Shown here in pieces: positions 1 to 9,950 of a DNA stretch of 64,000 bases (position 1 is the first letter of the stretch; each line of letters starts with the position of its first letter). The stretch spans positions 288,001 through 352,000 of the IMG/VR virus record IMGVR_UViG_3300012642_000011. One strand, given 5' to 3'. The notes beneath the pieces are model-generated. The model had not been told where the DNA came from. It did not search any database and saw only the letters and a list, made by a program, of their open reading frames with translations. The translations under genes and the position numbers were made by a program. The stretch is from a virus.

Positions 1-94
1 AGTGATCTTCGGCGGTTAAGGATCTGGCAGTGATGAGTGCTTGTGGGCGTAGATTGTCTACGCCCACAAGCACGTTCTGGACAGAAGCACACAG

Positions 95-108
95 GGGACA
101 CAGAATGT
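95..108 (+). repeat. motif A instance (GGGGACACAGAAT family)
   Basis: aggggacacagaatg. This is the first of about 40 intergenic, same-strand copies. Others lie near 978, 1957, 2292, 3308, 5535, 5925, 8770, 9880, 10720, 11235, 12020, 12600, 13090, 14680, 15170, 15905, 16400, 16860, 18120, 18995, 20025, 23025, 24260, 25195, 25750, 26575, 27375, 28190, 29095, 29940, 31600, 32685, 33405, 33810, 36160 and 38275. Confidence 0.6.
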
Positions 109-207
109 GTTTCATTTTAAATCCGGCATGATTGATTTTCTCGTATTGACGATCATTGCTCAATGGTGTACTGTAGAAGACAAAGGCAACTTCCAACCGA
201 GGAGAGC

Positions 208-924
208 ATGATGACCAAGGACATGTCGCAGATCACCATCGATCTCATGACGGCTACCCCTTCCGAGTTCGACACCGCTTACAGCAAGGCCATTGAGGAA
301 GCCTTGCGTGTGGGTCAGCGTGCTGAGAGTGACCGTGAGAGCATCTGTAGGAGTTTCTACCCGTCGTATCAGTACCCTGACATGACGGATGCGGAGAAGA
401 TGGATGCTGCTCGTGTCTCAGAGGATTATTTCATCAAGCGGTTCTACGATAGCTTCGTTGATCACAAGTCGCAGTATTATGCCCTTCAGGACGCTCTGAA
501 GCGGTACGAGAAGGCGTTTGATGATCGTGGTGGGTGGTCACGATTCTTCATTGTTCGTGCTTCCAACGGGCACATTCATTCCTCCATGGGGTGCTCTACT
601 TGCAACAAGAATGGTAAGCCTACTAACTTTGGCTGGCTGCCTGATCTGTCTGGTCTGAATGAGAAGGATGCTGTGGATGCTCATGGGGCCATCCTGTGTA
701 CTGTGTGCTTCCCTTCCGCGCCTGTGGAGTGGACGAACCACTATGAGGAGCAGGAGAAGAAGAAGGCTGCTGAGAAGTGCTCTGGGTCGGGCAAGAGTTA
801 CGATCCCTCGCTTCCAAACCGAACTGGCTACTACTCGGGCAACTGGGCTACCTGCCCTGAGTGCAGCAAGAAGGTCACCCTGACTTCCACCATGAAGTTG
901 CGTTCTCACAAGCCTGAGAAGTGA
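208..924 (+). CDS. hypothetical protein with paired CxxC zinc-ribbon motifs
   Basis: ORF 163..924. An RBS GGAGAG sits 3-8 nt before the ATG at 208/211. Pairs CSTC...CTVC and CPEC suggest a Zn ribbon. Motif A lies about 100 bp upstream. Confidence 0.5.
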   Translation: MMTKDMSQITIDLMTATPSEFDTAYSKAIEEALRVGQRAESDRESICRSFYPSYQYPDMTDAEKMDAARVSEDYFIKRFYDSFVDHKSQYYALQDALKRYEKAFDDRGGWSRFFIVRASNGHIHSSMGCSTCNKNGKPTNFGWLPDLSGLNEKDAVDAHGAILCTVCFPSAPVEWTNHYEEQEKKKAAEKCSGSGKSYDPSLPNRTGYYSGNWATCPECSKKVTLTSTMKLRSHKPEK

Positions 925-1074
925 CCTGAGTCCATTCCATATAGTGATCATGTGGCATCACTATATGGAATGGACTGTAAGGGGACACAGGATCGACATG
1001 ATGGCCTAGTCAGAGATCATGTGTTTCGGTTGCTATCATACGTGTGATGGAACGCGCAATACTTAGGAGCACTC

Positions 1075-1398
1075 ATGAGCAACCAGATTCGATTCAGCAA
1101 GGGCGAGGGAACACGCATTCTCGCGGAAATTGACATTGACCTGCAGCAACATGACGTGATCATGGACGTAGAGGATGCTGTAGAATGCGTGTCTGATAGA
1201 TCTGACATAGGGTACTCGCTGATGGATGGGTATCTCGCTGTGGGGGACGTGACATGCTCCGATGTGGTCTTTGCCCACCATGAGTTCAGAGAATCTTTAG
1301 TGCAAGCCGTAGAGGACGTGTACGAGGAACGTATACTGCAGATTCAAGCCATACTGGATGAGTTGATGAACAATCCGCCAGAGCATCACCACGGCTGA
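1075..1398 (+). CDS. hypothetical acidic protein
   Basis: 107-aa ORF with RBS AGGAG upstream and motif A about 95 bp upstream. Confidence 0.45.
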   Translation: MSNQIRFSKGEGTRILAEIDIDLQQHDVIMDVEDAVECVSDRSDIGYSLMDGYLAVGDVTCSDVVFAHHEFRESLVQAVEDVYEERILQIQAILDELMNNPPEHHHG

Positions 1399-1530
1399 GA
1401 AATCTGTTGTAGAGTGGAGGGCATGGAAGACGCTCAGCGTCTTGAGAACTCGAATCTTCCGTGAGAGTTGACAATCTGCTTGCTTTGTGAAATGATGCTG
1501 AGAGGATTCATATAACCGAGGAGAATATTT

Positions 1531-1887
1531 ATGTTTGGCAATCTTTCCTTCTATCAGAACGCTGATGATCTGTCTACAGTGTTCTTCTATGTCGAGCGTG
1601 ATGGCGAGGAGTACGAAACTGAGGTCACCCTTACTGACGCTATCGAGTACGCTGTGCATAAGCCTACCCTGTACTTCCATCCGTACAGTAGGGGTATGAA
1701 TAGCCGTCCTGGTAGTGCTTACATCTTTGATGTTGAGTATGAAATGCCTGATGGTTTTGACACCATCGCTGTGCCGTCCAGTCAATACGCAAATACGCTT
1801 CCTGAATTCGTGGATCGTGCGCGTCGAGAGTACATTGATCATTTGCGTGGTGTGGCTGATCATCTGGAAAAGATTCGTGTGATCTGA
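1531..1887 (+). CDS. hypothetical protein
   Basis: 118-aa ORF with RBS GAGGAGAA upstream, followed by a 10-bp-stem terminator hairpin. Confidence 0.5.
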   Translation: MFGNLSFYQNADDLSTVFFYVERDGEEYETEVTLTDAIEYAVHKPTLYFHPYSRGMNSRPGSAYIFDVEYEMPDGFDTIAVPSSQYANTLPEFVDRARREYIDHLRGVADHLEKIRVI

Positions 1888-2077
1888 TGTTGAGACAGAC
1901 GTTCTGATAGTCCCGTATAGTGAGAAATCAAGTTCTACTATACGGGATTTTCCATGTTGCCCGAAGGGACACAGTTTTTAATAAATCCTTCCTGTGAATC
2001 GCCTGTTGAGTTGCCAGAGTGGTCGCCAGAGCATCCCTGATGGGGTACAATAGAGGTATCCGGCAAGGGGAGGGAAT

Positions 2078-2255
2078 CATGAAGACCATGGTACGAGAGC
2101 ACGAGGTGAGGGTGACCTTCGTTGGTCGCAACACGGCGTTCCACTCTGGGATCATGCTGGAATCTGTGGCCGTGGAGTTCGCAGAGAGCGAGCGCATGAA
2201 TCCCGAGACCACGGAGATCATCATTGAGTGTGACCCGTACTGCTGGTGCCAGTGA
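2078..2255 (+). CDS. small hypothetical protein
   Basis: Inner ATG of ORF 2019..2255, preceded by GGGGAGGG. Confidence 0.3.
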
Positions 2256-2333
2256 GTTTACAGTATTCTCACAGTTATCGTACATGAATGCAGGGGACAC
2301 AGAAATAATCTTCAACGAATATTGCTTGTCGTG

Positions 2334-2362
2334 TTGACAAGCCGTTTCTCATCTGATAATAT
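2334..2362 (+). promoter_or_regulatory. sigma70-type promoter TTGACA-N17-TAATAT
   Basis: A perfect -35 and a near-perfect -10 lie about 45 bp upstream of the CDS at 2404 and about 40 bp downstream of motif A. Confidence 0.55.
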
Positions 2363-2403
2363 TCATCGTAGATAAGAATTCAACGACGCAGACGAGGTAC
2401 ACA

Positions 2404-3222
2404 ATGTCGAAGACGTTCAAGACTGATCCCACAGACGTGCAGATTCGCCGCCAGATGAAGGTTGATCCGTACCGTTCCACGGAGAAGAACGGGGTTCACT
2501 CCCGTAGGGTGTACAAGAACAAGCACTACTTCCAGTACGACGTGATCTTCCGCGCCAACGAGGTGTCGCAGATGGAGGCGTTCTTGTCCATGCTGGACAA
2601 CAACAAGGACACCACCAAGATTCAGCACTCCACCCGTAGTCGTAGCCTCATCACGTACACGGTCAAGGGCATGAACGGTTACCTTCAGACCGGCTCCGCC
2701 TACACCTACGGCTCTTACGGATCGGTCTACGGTCGCAAGATCCGCGTGAGGACTAAGTTCGATCACATGAAGGGGTACAGCCAGAGCGATTTCGATGACA
2801 TCGTGGCCCGTGTCGCTGTTCACAAGAACAACAACTCCAAGACTCGCGGCGCGACCTACGACGTGTTCAACGTGATCACCGTGAACGAGGAAGTCACCTT
2901 GAACAACCCCAAGGACGACGAGAAGTACGAGTACGCGATGGGCCACGAGTTCGACAAGATGTTCCCTCGCTACCGTGACGCTTGGGAGTCCAACGAGATG
3001 GCAGCAAAGAGGCGATCCCTCAGGTCCTACCGTGAGGACGACCTTGACATGGGGGATCACCAGAGCGACCCTGCTATGGCGAAGTACGAGGACAATCTTA
3101 CCATGTTGGATTACAACTACCAGATTCCCTTGTTGCTGGACGACTACGACTTTGACGAGGCGTTGTGCCCGCAGACCGCAGACGGGCACTCCACTCTGGT
3201 TTACACCACGGAGTCCCAGTGA
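2404..3222 (+). CDS. hypothetical protein (272 aa)
   Basis: Long ORF with a strong consensus promoter about 45 bp upstream (TTGACA-17-TAATAT at about 2334-2362), followed by a hairpin plus T-tract terminator at about 3236-3285. Confidence 0.55.
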   Translation: MSKTFKTDPTDVQIRRQMKVDPYRSTEKNGVHSRRVYKNKHYFQYDVIFRANEVSQMEAFLSMLDNNKDTTKIQHSTRSRSLITYTVKGMNGYLQTGSAYTYGSYGSVYGRKIRVRTKFDHMKGYSQSDFDDIVARVAVHKNNNSKTRGATYDVFNVITVNEEVTLNNPKDDEKYEYAMGHEFDKMFPRYRDAWESNEMAAKRRSLRSYREDDLDMGDHQSDPAMAKYEDNLTMLDYNYQIPLLLDDYDFDEALCPQTADGHSTLVYTTESQ

Positions 3223-3327
3223 TCAGATGAAAGAAGGGGTACGGGAATTAAGTTTCCCGTGCCCCTTCTTTGTTTTTAATTTCAATGGAAGATGACAATG
3301 ATTAGGGGACACAGATAACTGTGTCAC

Positions 3328-3648
3328 TCAATCCTTGCTCACCTGTGTAGCACGATCCGCCTGCGCCATAAGAGATGCAACACGAAGCGGTGTCTCCCTA
3401 GCGTGAAAGTCATCCCAGATTTCTTGGAGGACGCTGTTGCTCGTGGGACGCTCTGCCGCTACGAACTCTTCTAGCCGGTTTTCCTTCACAGGGGCGATCT
3501 CGCGTGCTGCCTCGGCGATCTGATCTGCGTCTCCCACGTAGTCAAGAGCAATTAATTCTTCCGTCTCTTTGACAAGACGTGCTTTTGATTCAGGCATCTG
3601 CCCTCCACCTGTGTTCAAGGCATCTGATCCTGTGCTTGCTTTGTCCAT
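3328..3648 (-). CDS. hypothetical protein
   Basis: 106-aa ORF in a minus-strand gene array. Confidence 0.45.
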   Translation of the reverse strand: MDKASTGSDALNTGGGQMPESKARLVKETEELIALDYVGDADQIAEAAREIAPVKENRLEEFVAAERPTSNSVLQEIWDDFHARETPLRVASLMAQADRATQVSKD

Positions 3649-3726
3649 GTGTACTCCTTGATTGATGTCTTTTTACCATTGTAACAAATGGGATTATAGG
3701 TCGTTTCAATCATGAAGACAGAGCGC

Positions 3727-3760
3727 ACTAAAAAGCGGGGAGGGGGATTGTTCTCCCCTC
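3727..3760 (-). terminator. intrinsic terminator
   Basis: GCGGGGAGGGGG-attgttc-TCCCCTCCCCGC is followed by a T-tract on the minus strand. Confidence 0.55.
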
Positions 3761-3770
3761 CCCGCTCATG

Positions 3771-4037
3771 TCACGGGTAGCGTTCGCCGTGAGCCTTCTT
3801 CCAGCCCTCTGGCTCCGTGTCATCAGAGCCATCCCAGAGCATTGCTGCGTGCAGTGCAACGCCGCCCTTGTCGTAGCACCAGTAGCGGTCATAGGTGCTG
3901 GGGAGGGACTTGGGTGTGGTCACCACGCGGTCATTGTAGAGCATGCTGAGCACGTCGATGTAGTGCGTGGGCGTCTCCTTGATGCGCCAGCCGCCGTCGA
4001 TCTTCTGGAACTGGTCGGGGTGAGGGAACTGTGTCAT
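3771..4037 (-). CDS. hypothetical protein
   Basis: 88-aa ORF. A terminator hairpin at 3727-3760 lies just past its 3' end. Confidence 0.45.
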   Translation of the reverse strand: MTQFPHPDQFQKIDGGWRIKETPTHYIDVLSMLYNDRVVTTPKSLPSTYDRYWCYDKGGVALHAAMLWDGSDDTEPEGWKKAHGERYP

Positions 4038-4183
4038 GGTCTCTCCTTGCGTAGAGGTGCGTTTCTGTTCTCAGTGTAGCCAATGCGCGTGTAGATTACA
4101 AGACGGGAAATGAGTACCTCTGGGGGACACGATTTCGACATATTTAAAACACGCTGTACGTCTTGTTTATAGGCAATAAAAAT

Positions 4184-4218
4184 CCGGCCCTGTGGTATGG
4201 TCCACAGGGCCGGATCGT
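4184..4218 (-). terminator. intrinsic terminator after the RNA ligase gene
   Basis: atccggccctgtgg-tatggt-ccacagggccggat is followed by ttttatt on the minus strand. Confidence 0.55.
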
Positions 4219-4224
4219 TACTGA

Positions 4225-5229
4225 TCACTCACCATGCTTGGCAAGGAACTTGTTGTTGATGGCCTTGAAGTTGGCACGGTCGCCGGTCTCAGCGAACTCC
4301 TTGCCCTCACGGTTCCACCACACCACGCCCTCAGCCTGCACCTTGGGGTTGATCGTGGAGGTCATGCCGTTCACCTGCTCCACGGCCTGCTCTACAGTCT
4401 CAGGGAGAACAAGGTCGAGGTGCGGGACGGAATGCTTCTCCACGAAGGCGTCGAATGCCTCATCGGCAACAGGGGAAGACGCGGAGAACACCAGAAGACG
4501 GTTACCCTGAATCTTCAGCTTGTTGCCCTGAATTCCCTCGCCCACAATCTCGCCCTGAATGATAGCACCCTCGGGCATGATCTCTGCAAGACCAAGACGC
4601 TCCGCCATCTTCGCCTGCATAGACTCCGTGGGGTGAAGCGTCCAGTTGCGCCCTGCCACCACGATCTCGCCCTCACGCTTGAGGAACGTGGAGGACGTAC
4701 CATCCACCTTCTCCGTAGCAAACCACTCGTTGCGGTCAAGGGAGGCAAGGAACTCATCGGAGAGGTTCTGCACGCGCTCAGAATCGGTCTTACGAACACC
4801 ATGAGGGAACGGGTCCACCATCTGACCACCCATGGGAATCGGAGGCTCGAACTTGAACACGCCCAGACGCTCCGCCACAGCATCCACTTCGGACTGTGTG
4901 GAGTCAGCGTTCAGACCGAATCCCAGCGGGAGGATAAGACCCTGAGAGAACACGCCGCGCAGCTTCATGGTGCGGAGGACATGCCCACGAACGGTCTGCC
5001 CGTTGGGGGACGTGGCATCCTTGGAGGACTTCGCAGACAGGAAGGAGAACTCCGGCACGTCAGCGGGAAGGAAGGCGTCGATCTCGAAATAGAGAACAGG
5101 CTGACCAGCCTTGAACTCACCCTTCTTCACGACAGACTTCCAGCCGCCGATGGTGGCGACCTCGATAGCGTCAGCGTTCTCGATGGGATCGATTCCATCG
5201 ATCTTCTTGATGCTCATCATCTTGCGCAT
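4225..5229 (-). CDS. ATP-dependent RNA ligase (KxDG nucleotidyltransferase; DraRnl or Rnl2-like with an N-terminal extension)
   Basis: Motif I EKVDGTS carries the lysine of the KxDG adenylylation motif. Downstream EGVVWW and FKAI resemble motifs IV and V. A terminator hairpin sits at about 4184-4218. Confidence 0.65.
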   Translation of the reverse strand: MRKMMSIKKIDGIDPIENADAIEVATIGGWKSVVKKGEFKAGQPVLYFEIDAFLPADVPEFSFLSAKSSKDATSPNGQTVRGHVLRTMKLRGVFSQGLILPLGFGLNADSTQSEVDAVAERLGVFKFEPPIPMGGQMVDPFPHGVRKTDSERVQNLSDEFLASLDRNEWFATEKVDGTSSTFLKREGEIVVAGRNWTLHPTESMQAKMAERLGLAEIMPEGAIIQGEIVGEGIQGNKLKIQGNRLLVFSASSPVADEAFDAFVEKHSVPHLDLVLPETVEQAVEQVNGMTSTINPKVQAEGVVWWNREGKEFAETGDRANFKAINNKFLAKHGE

Positions 5230-5346
5230 ATTCCACTCTCCTTGTGGTTGTTGTGCTCTTTCTCAAATAATCGTACTACACATGAGTGCCCCCTGTCAAC
5301 ATGGGATCACGTTAACAGGGGGACGCTCCACTTTGATCAATCATGG

Positions 5347-5504
5347 TCAGGGAGTGTTAAGCATCTGCTCCGTGTGGGTGTACTGCTCCTTGAGCATGGC
5401 GGTAATCTCCTCATCCGTCATAGAACTGAATCATCCGTCATAGAACTGAAGGCGGTATTCAGAGCAGATTCCAGAGCAGCGTTTTCAGCAGTGGTCAGTT
5501 TCAT
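5347..5504 (-). pseudogene. small paralog of the 5590..5751 gene, disrupted by an exact 20-bp tandem duplication that shifts the frame
   Basis: The minus-strand reading MKLTTAENAALESALNTAFSSMTD runs into the duplicated tcatccgtcatagaactgaa (5411-5430 and 5431-5450) and stops early. With one copy removed the ORF continues ...EEITAMLKEQYTHTEQMLNTP, parallel to the neighbour ...AEITSMLKEQNADVKKMLNDP. Confidence 0.45.
5411..5450. repeat. exact 20-bp tandem duplication
   Basis: tcatccgtcatagaactgaa occurs twice back to back. Confidence 0.7.
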
Positions 5505-5589
5505 TGTATTCTCCTTTGTATCAACAGTGTAGGGACACAGTTTATTAACGTGTGGTGTAGCCGTTGTTGACTATCACCATGTGATCATG

Positions 5590-5751
5590 TCAATCCTGAG
5601 CGTACACCTGTGATGCATAATCAGGATCGTTGAGCATCTTCTTTACGTCAGCGTTCTGCTCCTTGAGCATGCTGGTGATTTCAGCATCCGTCATGGCGCT
5701 GAAAGCCTCTTTGACGGCAGACTTCAGTGCATTGTATTCGTTCGGTGTCAT
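5590..5751 (-). CDS. small hypothetical protein (54 aa), paralog of the disrupted ORF at 5347..5504
   Basis: Internal ATG of ORF 5590..5799 with RBS AAGGAGA immediately upstream. Confidence 0.45.
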   Translation of the reverse strand: MTPNEYNALKSAVKEAFSAMTDAEITSMLKEQNADVKKMLNDPDYASQVYAQD

Positions 5752-5937
5752 TGTTTTTCTCCTTGTGCGTAAAGGCATTCTATGGGGTGAGCATATCACA
5801 GGGAATACTCATATGTCAATGAGAAAGGGGCTGTGGTAGCAATAACCACCACAGCCCCAAACGAGATCACGTTAACTGTACAGCATGTACGCAACGCGGT
5901 CAACAACAGAACCATGGGGGACACAGGTAGTCTGAGA

Positions 5938-6423
5938 TCACCACCACATGTGCGGATAGACCTCTGCCCATATGCGCCACATCAGATGAGCGGCATCATC
6001 ACGCTCGCGCTCCTTGAGCACTTCCTTGTCATACATGTGGTCTCGATTGGACTCCCACTCTTCAAGATCCTTCTCGTCCACATCAGGTTCAGGTGTGAGG
6101 TAGAAAGCGCCCAGCGAGATCATGCGGTCTACGGCTTCCTTTACGGTGTACGTCACACCATCAACCTCGACCTTGTAGACCTCCATATCAATCACAGAGG
6201 AAGCCTTCTCTCTGTACATGCAGAGGCGTTCGTACAGGATCTCCGCCATGGTGTATTCCATGTTCCATGTCTGGGAAGCGTTGAATCCGTAGATAGCCTC
6301 TTCCTTCTTGAATTGACGCTTGTGCCTCTTGTTGATCTCTGCCTTTTCTTTGATCCTGCTCTTGACCTGCTTCTTATCCATCAGGTCGTAGATGTACTTG
6401 CGGCCCATGCGCTTCTTTACCAT
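5938..6423 (-). CDS. hypothetical basic protein
   Basis: 161-aa ORF. Confidence 0.45.
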   Translation of the reverse strand: MVKKRMGRKYIYDLMDKKQVKSRIKEKAEINKRHKRQFKKEEAIYGFNASQTWNMEYTMAEILYERLCMYREKASSVIDMEVYKVEVDGVTYTVKEAVDRMISLGAFYLTPEPDVDEKDLEEWESNRDHMYDKEVLKERERDDAAHLMWRIWAEVYPHMWW

Positions 6424-6573
6424 GAATGGTCTCCCTTACGCCCTATAAGACTTACTTCTAGTGTAATCTATGATAGCAGAAAAATCAACGTTCAGATATA
6501 GGGGACACATAATTCGGCAGCATAAGGAAAGGGGAGGGATCGTGTTATTGATCCCTCCCCTTCTGAAATCAGA

Positions 6574-7416
6574 TCACCACGCGGGAGCACCCACGGGGAG
6601 GTTGGTGATGCCACACGTGCTCACAGCATCCGACAGAGCGGCCCGCTCAGCGTTGGTCACAGCGAGATCGTACTTGGACTTCACAGCGATCTGATGGGCG
6701 GCGATCAGGCAGCTACCGGAAGCGGAAGGAGCCTGCCACTCATCGAAAGAGTCATCGGACTTATCCTGATTCACCTTGGACGCCGTGGGAGCAAGGTTCA
6801 GAGGATCGTTGGCGATCTGGTAGCGCATGTCAGGGGAAGCCCATGCGTGAGCGCCGGAGTCCCACGCGTTGGAGAGAGCAACAATGTGGTCGATCTGAAT
6901 GCTCTTGGACACCTCATCTGCCGTGGTGGCAGAGATAGTCTTTCCCGTGTAGGGGTCAACCATCGTGCCGGAGAGCACACGGCACTTCGCGTTCACCTCA
7001 GCATCCGGCATGGCGGCGATCAGGGTCTCATCACGGGTATCACAGCCGTCCTTGTCGAAATCCATCCACGATCCGAACAGAGCCTCACGCTCGCCAGAGT
7101 AACCAGCGGCCTTGGCACCGTCGTAAGTGTCCAGAGCGTTCAGGGCCTCCATGGCATCCATCCCCGTGTAGGAGGAACCATCGAAGGAGGCATCAGAAGA
7201 GGACTCTCCACCAACCGCCTCAGACAGAGCATCCTTGCCCTTGTCCAGCATGGAGTCGATCTTCGCCTTGCCCTCGTCAAGCAGGGCGTCCGTGGCAGAG
7301 GAAGCAGCCTCAGTGGCCGTGCTCTCCACGGTGCTCTGAATGGTCTGGCAACCAGTGGCCGTCATGGCGGCGAGGGTGAGGGTGATGCCAGCGGTGATCT
7401 TCTTGAGCGTCTTCAT
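6574..7416 (-). CDS. putative lipoprotein or secreted protein with a C-terminal DUF1524 (HNH-like, GmrSD C-terminal family) nuclease domain
   Basis: Signal peptide MKTLKKITAGITLTLAAMTATGC. The C-terminal block DGCDTRDE...IDHIVALSNAWDSGA...NDPLNL...VNQDKSD matches the secreted DUF1524 family. RBS AGGAGA precedes the start. Confidence 0.55.
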   Translation of the reverse strand: MKTLKKITAGITLTLAAMTATGCQTIQSTVESTATEAASSATDALLDEGKAKIDSMLDKGKDALSEAVGGESSSDASFDGSSYTGMDAMEALNALDTYDGAKAAGYSGEREALFGSWMDFDKDGCDTRDETLIAAMPDAEVNAKCRVLSGTMVDPYTGKTISATTADEVSKSIQIDHIVALSNAWDSGAHAWASPDMRYQIANDPLNLAPTASKVNQDKSDDSFDEWQAPSASGSCLIAAHQIAVKSKYDLAVTNAERAALSDAVSTCGITNLPVGAPAW

Positions 7417-7632
7417 GGTCTCTCCTGAGTTGGGGAAGTGCTTCTTGTTGACCCCAGTATAGGCACATGGAGGCTTGGATTGCAAATCAACAGGACGCTC
7501 CATACTTCATGATGTCGTGGTGCTCTGCGTTTTCAGGGAGAAAAGAGCGACACCAGACGCGAGGGGACACTGTTTGATCGAAAACGCACAACAGGGGAGG
7601 AACAGGTTTCCCCGTCCCTCCCCTGCCGATCA

Positions 7633-8226
7633 TCAGTTGGACAAATCATCCAGCAGAGAAAGCGTCCTCATGAGTTCACCCACGCTCATTTCCAGACGGA
7701 AACGACGCGCCGTGCCATCAGAGTACGCCACCACACCAGTCACTCCTTCATGGCGGCTATTCTCCACGAAAGTCCCCTCGAACTCGCTCCACGTGTCATC
7801 CTTGACGTTCAGGACAGCCACCGCGCTACCGCGCTTGTTCCTAGTGAAGTCGTAGTCCTTCCAACCGTATTCAGAAACCAGCACATCTTCTGCCGTACCC
7901 TTCTTCGCCAGAACCTCTGCAAGAAGAGCCTTGAAACGGTCAGCGGAATGCAGTTCGTTGTCAGGACGCTCCGCCACCGCATCGACGGACACGTAGTGCT
8001 TCCAGAACTCATGCACAGCACGCTTGCCCATGTGGCCGGGATCGTAGTGCTCTTCCTCATAGAGATCTGCCACTTCCACGGCAGTCAGAGAAGAGTCAGC
8101 GTTCTTCATGACCTCATAGACGTTATCCGCCAAGTCATCGGTGAGGTAACATCCATACCCGTACAACAGGTTTTCTTCTTCCTCACACATGCTCATCAGG
8201 CGATCCTTGAATTCCTGCTTGTCCAT
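7633..8226 (-). CDS. hypothetical protein
   Basis: 197-aa ORF, with a terminator hairpin at about 7590-7630. Confidence 0.45.
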   Translation of the reverse strand: MDKQEFKDRLMSMCEEEENLLYGYGCYLTDDLADNVYEVMKNADSSLTAVEVADLYEEEHYDPGHMGKRAVHEFWKHYVSVDAVAERPDNELHSADRFKALLAEVLAKKGTAEDVLVSEYGWKDYDFTRNKRGSAVAVLNVKDDTWSEFEGTFVENSRHEGVTGVVAYSDGTARRFRLEMSVGELMRTLSLLDDLSN

Positions 8227-8337
8227 GATGGTTCCTACTTTCGTTTAAAAGGGGATCTTGATTTCAGAAGTAATGCTACAGCCTGATGCAGCGTATGTCA
8301 ACTCGTGGTGTCATCTCTAAGGGGACGCTCCATATGA

Positions 8338-8724
8338 TCACAGCACAGCAAACGCTCCCTGTACCTCGACCAGCATCATGGGGGCAAGATCAACCTGTTC
8401 AGTTGCGCGTGCCACGTCCTCATGCATGTGTGCAGGGATGGTGTCATGCTCTCCCATGCGATCAGCCATGAGAGCGTAACCTGCCCGCATGAAGTCCTGT
8501 GCGCCGTTCTGAGAGACGGTCAGCGCAAGCATGTCGATCTGTGCCGGATGATCCTCTACGACGCTCTGAAAGGCGTTGGTGGCCGTCTGGAAGTTGCTCA
8601 CGTCAACGTCATGGAGAACATCTGCGTCCTCGCTCATTGCGTAACCCATCAGGCTCATGAGGGCACCCATGCTCATCTCATCCACGATCTGCTCGGCGTT
8701 CATGGTCTTCTCTGCGAAAGTCAT
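8338..8724 (-). CDS. hypothetical protein
   Basis: 128-aa ORF. Confidence 0.4.
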   Translation of the reverse strand: MTFAEKTMNAEQIVDEMSMGALMSLMGYAMSEDADVLHDVDVSNFQTATNAFQSVVEDHPAQIDMLALTVSQNGAQDFMRAGYALMADRMGEHDTIPAHMHEDVARATEQVDLAPMMLVEVQGAFAVL

Positions 8725-8861
8725 GGTGGAAGGATACCCTAGTGTCTGTCTGTTGTCAACATGTTACGGTCATGGGGACACAGGAATGGTTGTGCTGAAA
8801 GATCAAATCGAGGAGGGAGAGCGTCGATACTCTCCCTCCCCGATTCTTGACTTACACCTTG

Positions 8862-9401
8862 TCAGAAACTGTCTGTGATGCGATCTACGATCTTCTTGCA
8901 GGCAAGATCAAGCTGACGCTGCATGTTCTCGGAAAACGTTCCCACAGACTCGTCCTCATAGTCGTAATCGGGATTCACCAGAGCAATGTACTCATTGATC
9001 TCGTCATCAGTGATTCCGTTCACGATCCACTCACAGACCTCAGGAGAAAAATCCTCATCATTCATTTTCTCAGACGCGAACTTCCTGAAAAGCGAAGGGG
9101 TGATCGACTGAGCGAGGGTAGTCGGCTCACGAATAGCATCAGTCATAGCGTTCAGAGCACCACTGAAGTGAACAGCCATGATGTCGTCCACATACTCAAG
9201 GTACTCGGCGTCATCGCGGTAGGAAGAGAGGAACATGTGTACGCCCACGTTCTCGTCAAATCCCATGCTCTGTGTTGCACGGATGCGCTTCTTGGCGGAG
9301 GTCACCACAGCATGATCACGATCGTCATCGTACTTCTGGCTGTACTCGTCGAGAGCGTCGATCAATCGGTCGTACTTGTTCTTCGTCATCATGTTCTCCA
9401 T
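8862..9401 (-). CDS. hypothetical protein
   Basis: 179-aa ORF, with a terminator hairpin at about 8805-8850. Confidence 0.45.
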   Translation of the reverse strand: MENMMTKNKYDRLIDALDEYSQKYDDDRDHAVVTSAKKRIRATQSMGFDENVGVHMFLSSYRDDAEYLEYVDDIMAVHFSGALNAMTDAIREPTTLAQSITPSLFRKFASEKMNDEDFSPEVCEWIVNGITDDEINEYIALVNPDYDYEDESVGTFSENMQRQLDLACKKIVDRITDSF

Positions 9402-9465
9402 TTCAATTCTGTGCAGTGGGAATCAATCTATTGCCAGAGTAGCCCATATGCGTTCTGATTGCAAG

Positions 9466-9747
9466 TCACTTCTGGATCAGGTGTCCGAAACGATTGTTCG
9501 CTTCAGCCAAAGCACGTTCGATCAGGTCAAGATCGTAGAACTCGCTCGCGTCCTCCCCGTTGACGATGCGATCCACATGAGAACGGAAAGCGGCATAGCC
9601 CTCATCGATGGGAGCACCCTTCATCATGTGGCGATCCACAAGGTCAGCCAAGTACTCAGCAGTGGAATTGGCGATCATGGAAGCATGATCATGTGCCTCC
9701 ACCTGAAGACCATACAGCCACTGGAAGTAATCGTAGGGGCGTGACAT
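9466..9747 (-). CDS. hypothetical protein
   Basis: 93-aa ORF. Confidence 0.4.
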   Translation of the reverse strand: MSRPYDYFQWLYGLQVEAHDHASMIANSTAEYLADLVDRHMMKGAPIDEGYAAFRSHVDRIVNGEDASEFYDLDLIERALAEANNRFGHLIQK

Positions 9748-9950
9748 CGTGAGATCCTGTCTGTTGGAAAGATGGTTGCAAAGAAAGTCAGTATCGAAGT
9801 AGTCCTGATGTGATCATAGCAGATGAGCAGCATGGATCACAACACCCTTCTTTCGTAATCTTTCTCTGCCCGAAGGGACACAATTTTATTCCTCATTGCG
9901 ACTATTTTGATATCATAGAATATGACCATTAATACAGAGGGGAATAGAAG

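Noticed and set aside
2380-3189. 269-aa minus-strand ORF fully overlapping the + gene 2404..3222
   Set aside because: It is an antisense shadow ORF typical of high-GC DNA. The protein is Val, Leu, His and Arg-rich and low-complexity. It has no RBS, whereas the + gene has a consensus promoter and a terminator.
4234-5532. 432-aa + strand ORF antisense to the RNA ligase gene
   Set aside because: The opposite-strand ORF has clear RNA-ligase motifs. This one has a Leu, Arg and Gly-rich composition with no homology signal, so it is a shadow ORF.
6694-7428. 244-aa + ORF antisense to the DUF1524 lipoprotein gene
   Set aside because: It is a shadow ORF with a Gly, Arg and Leu-rich translation.
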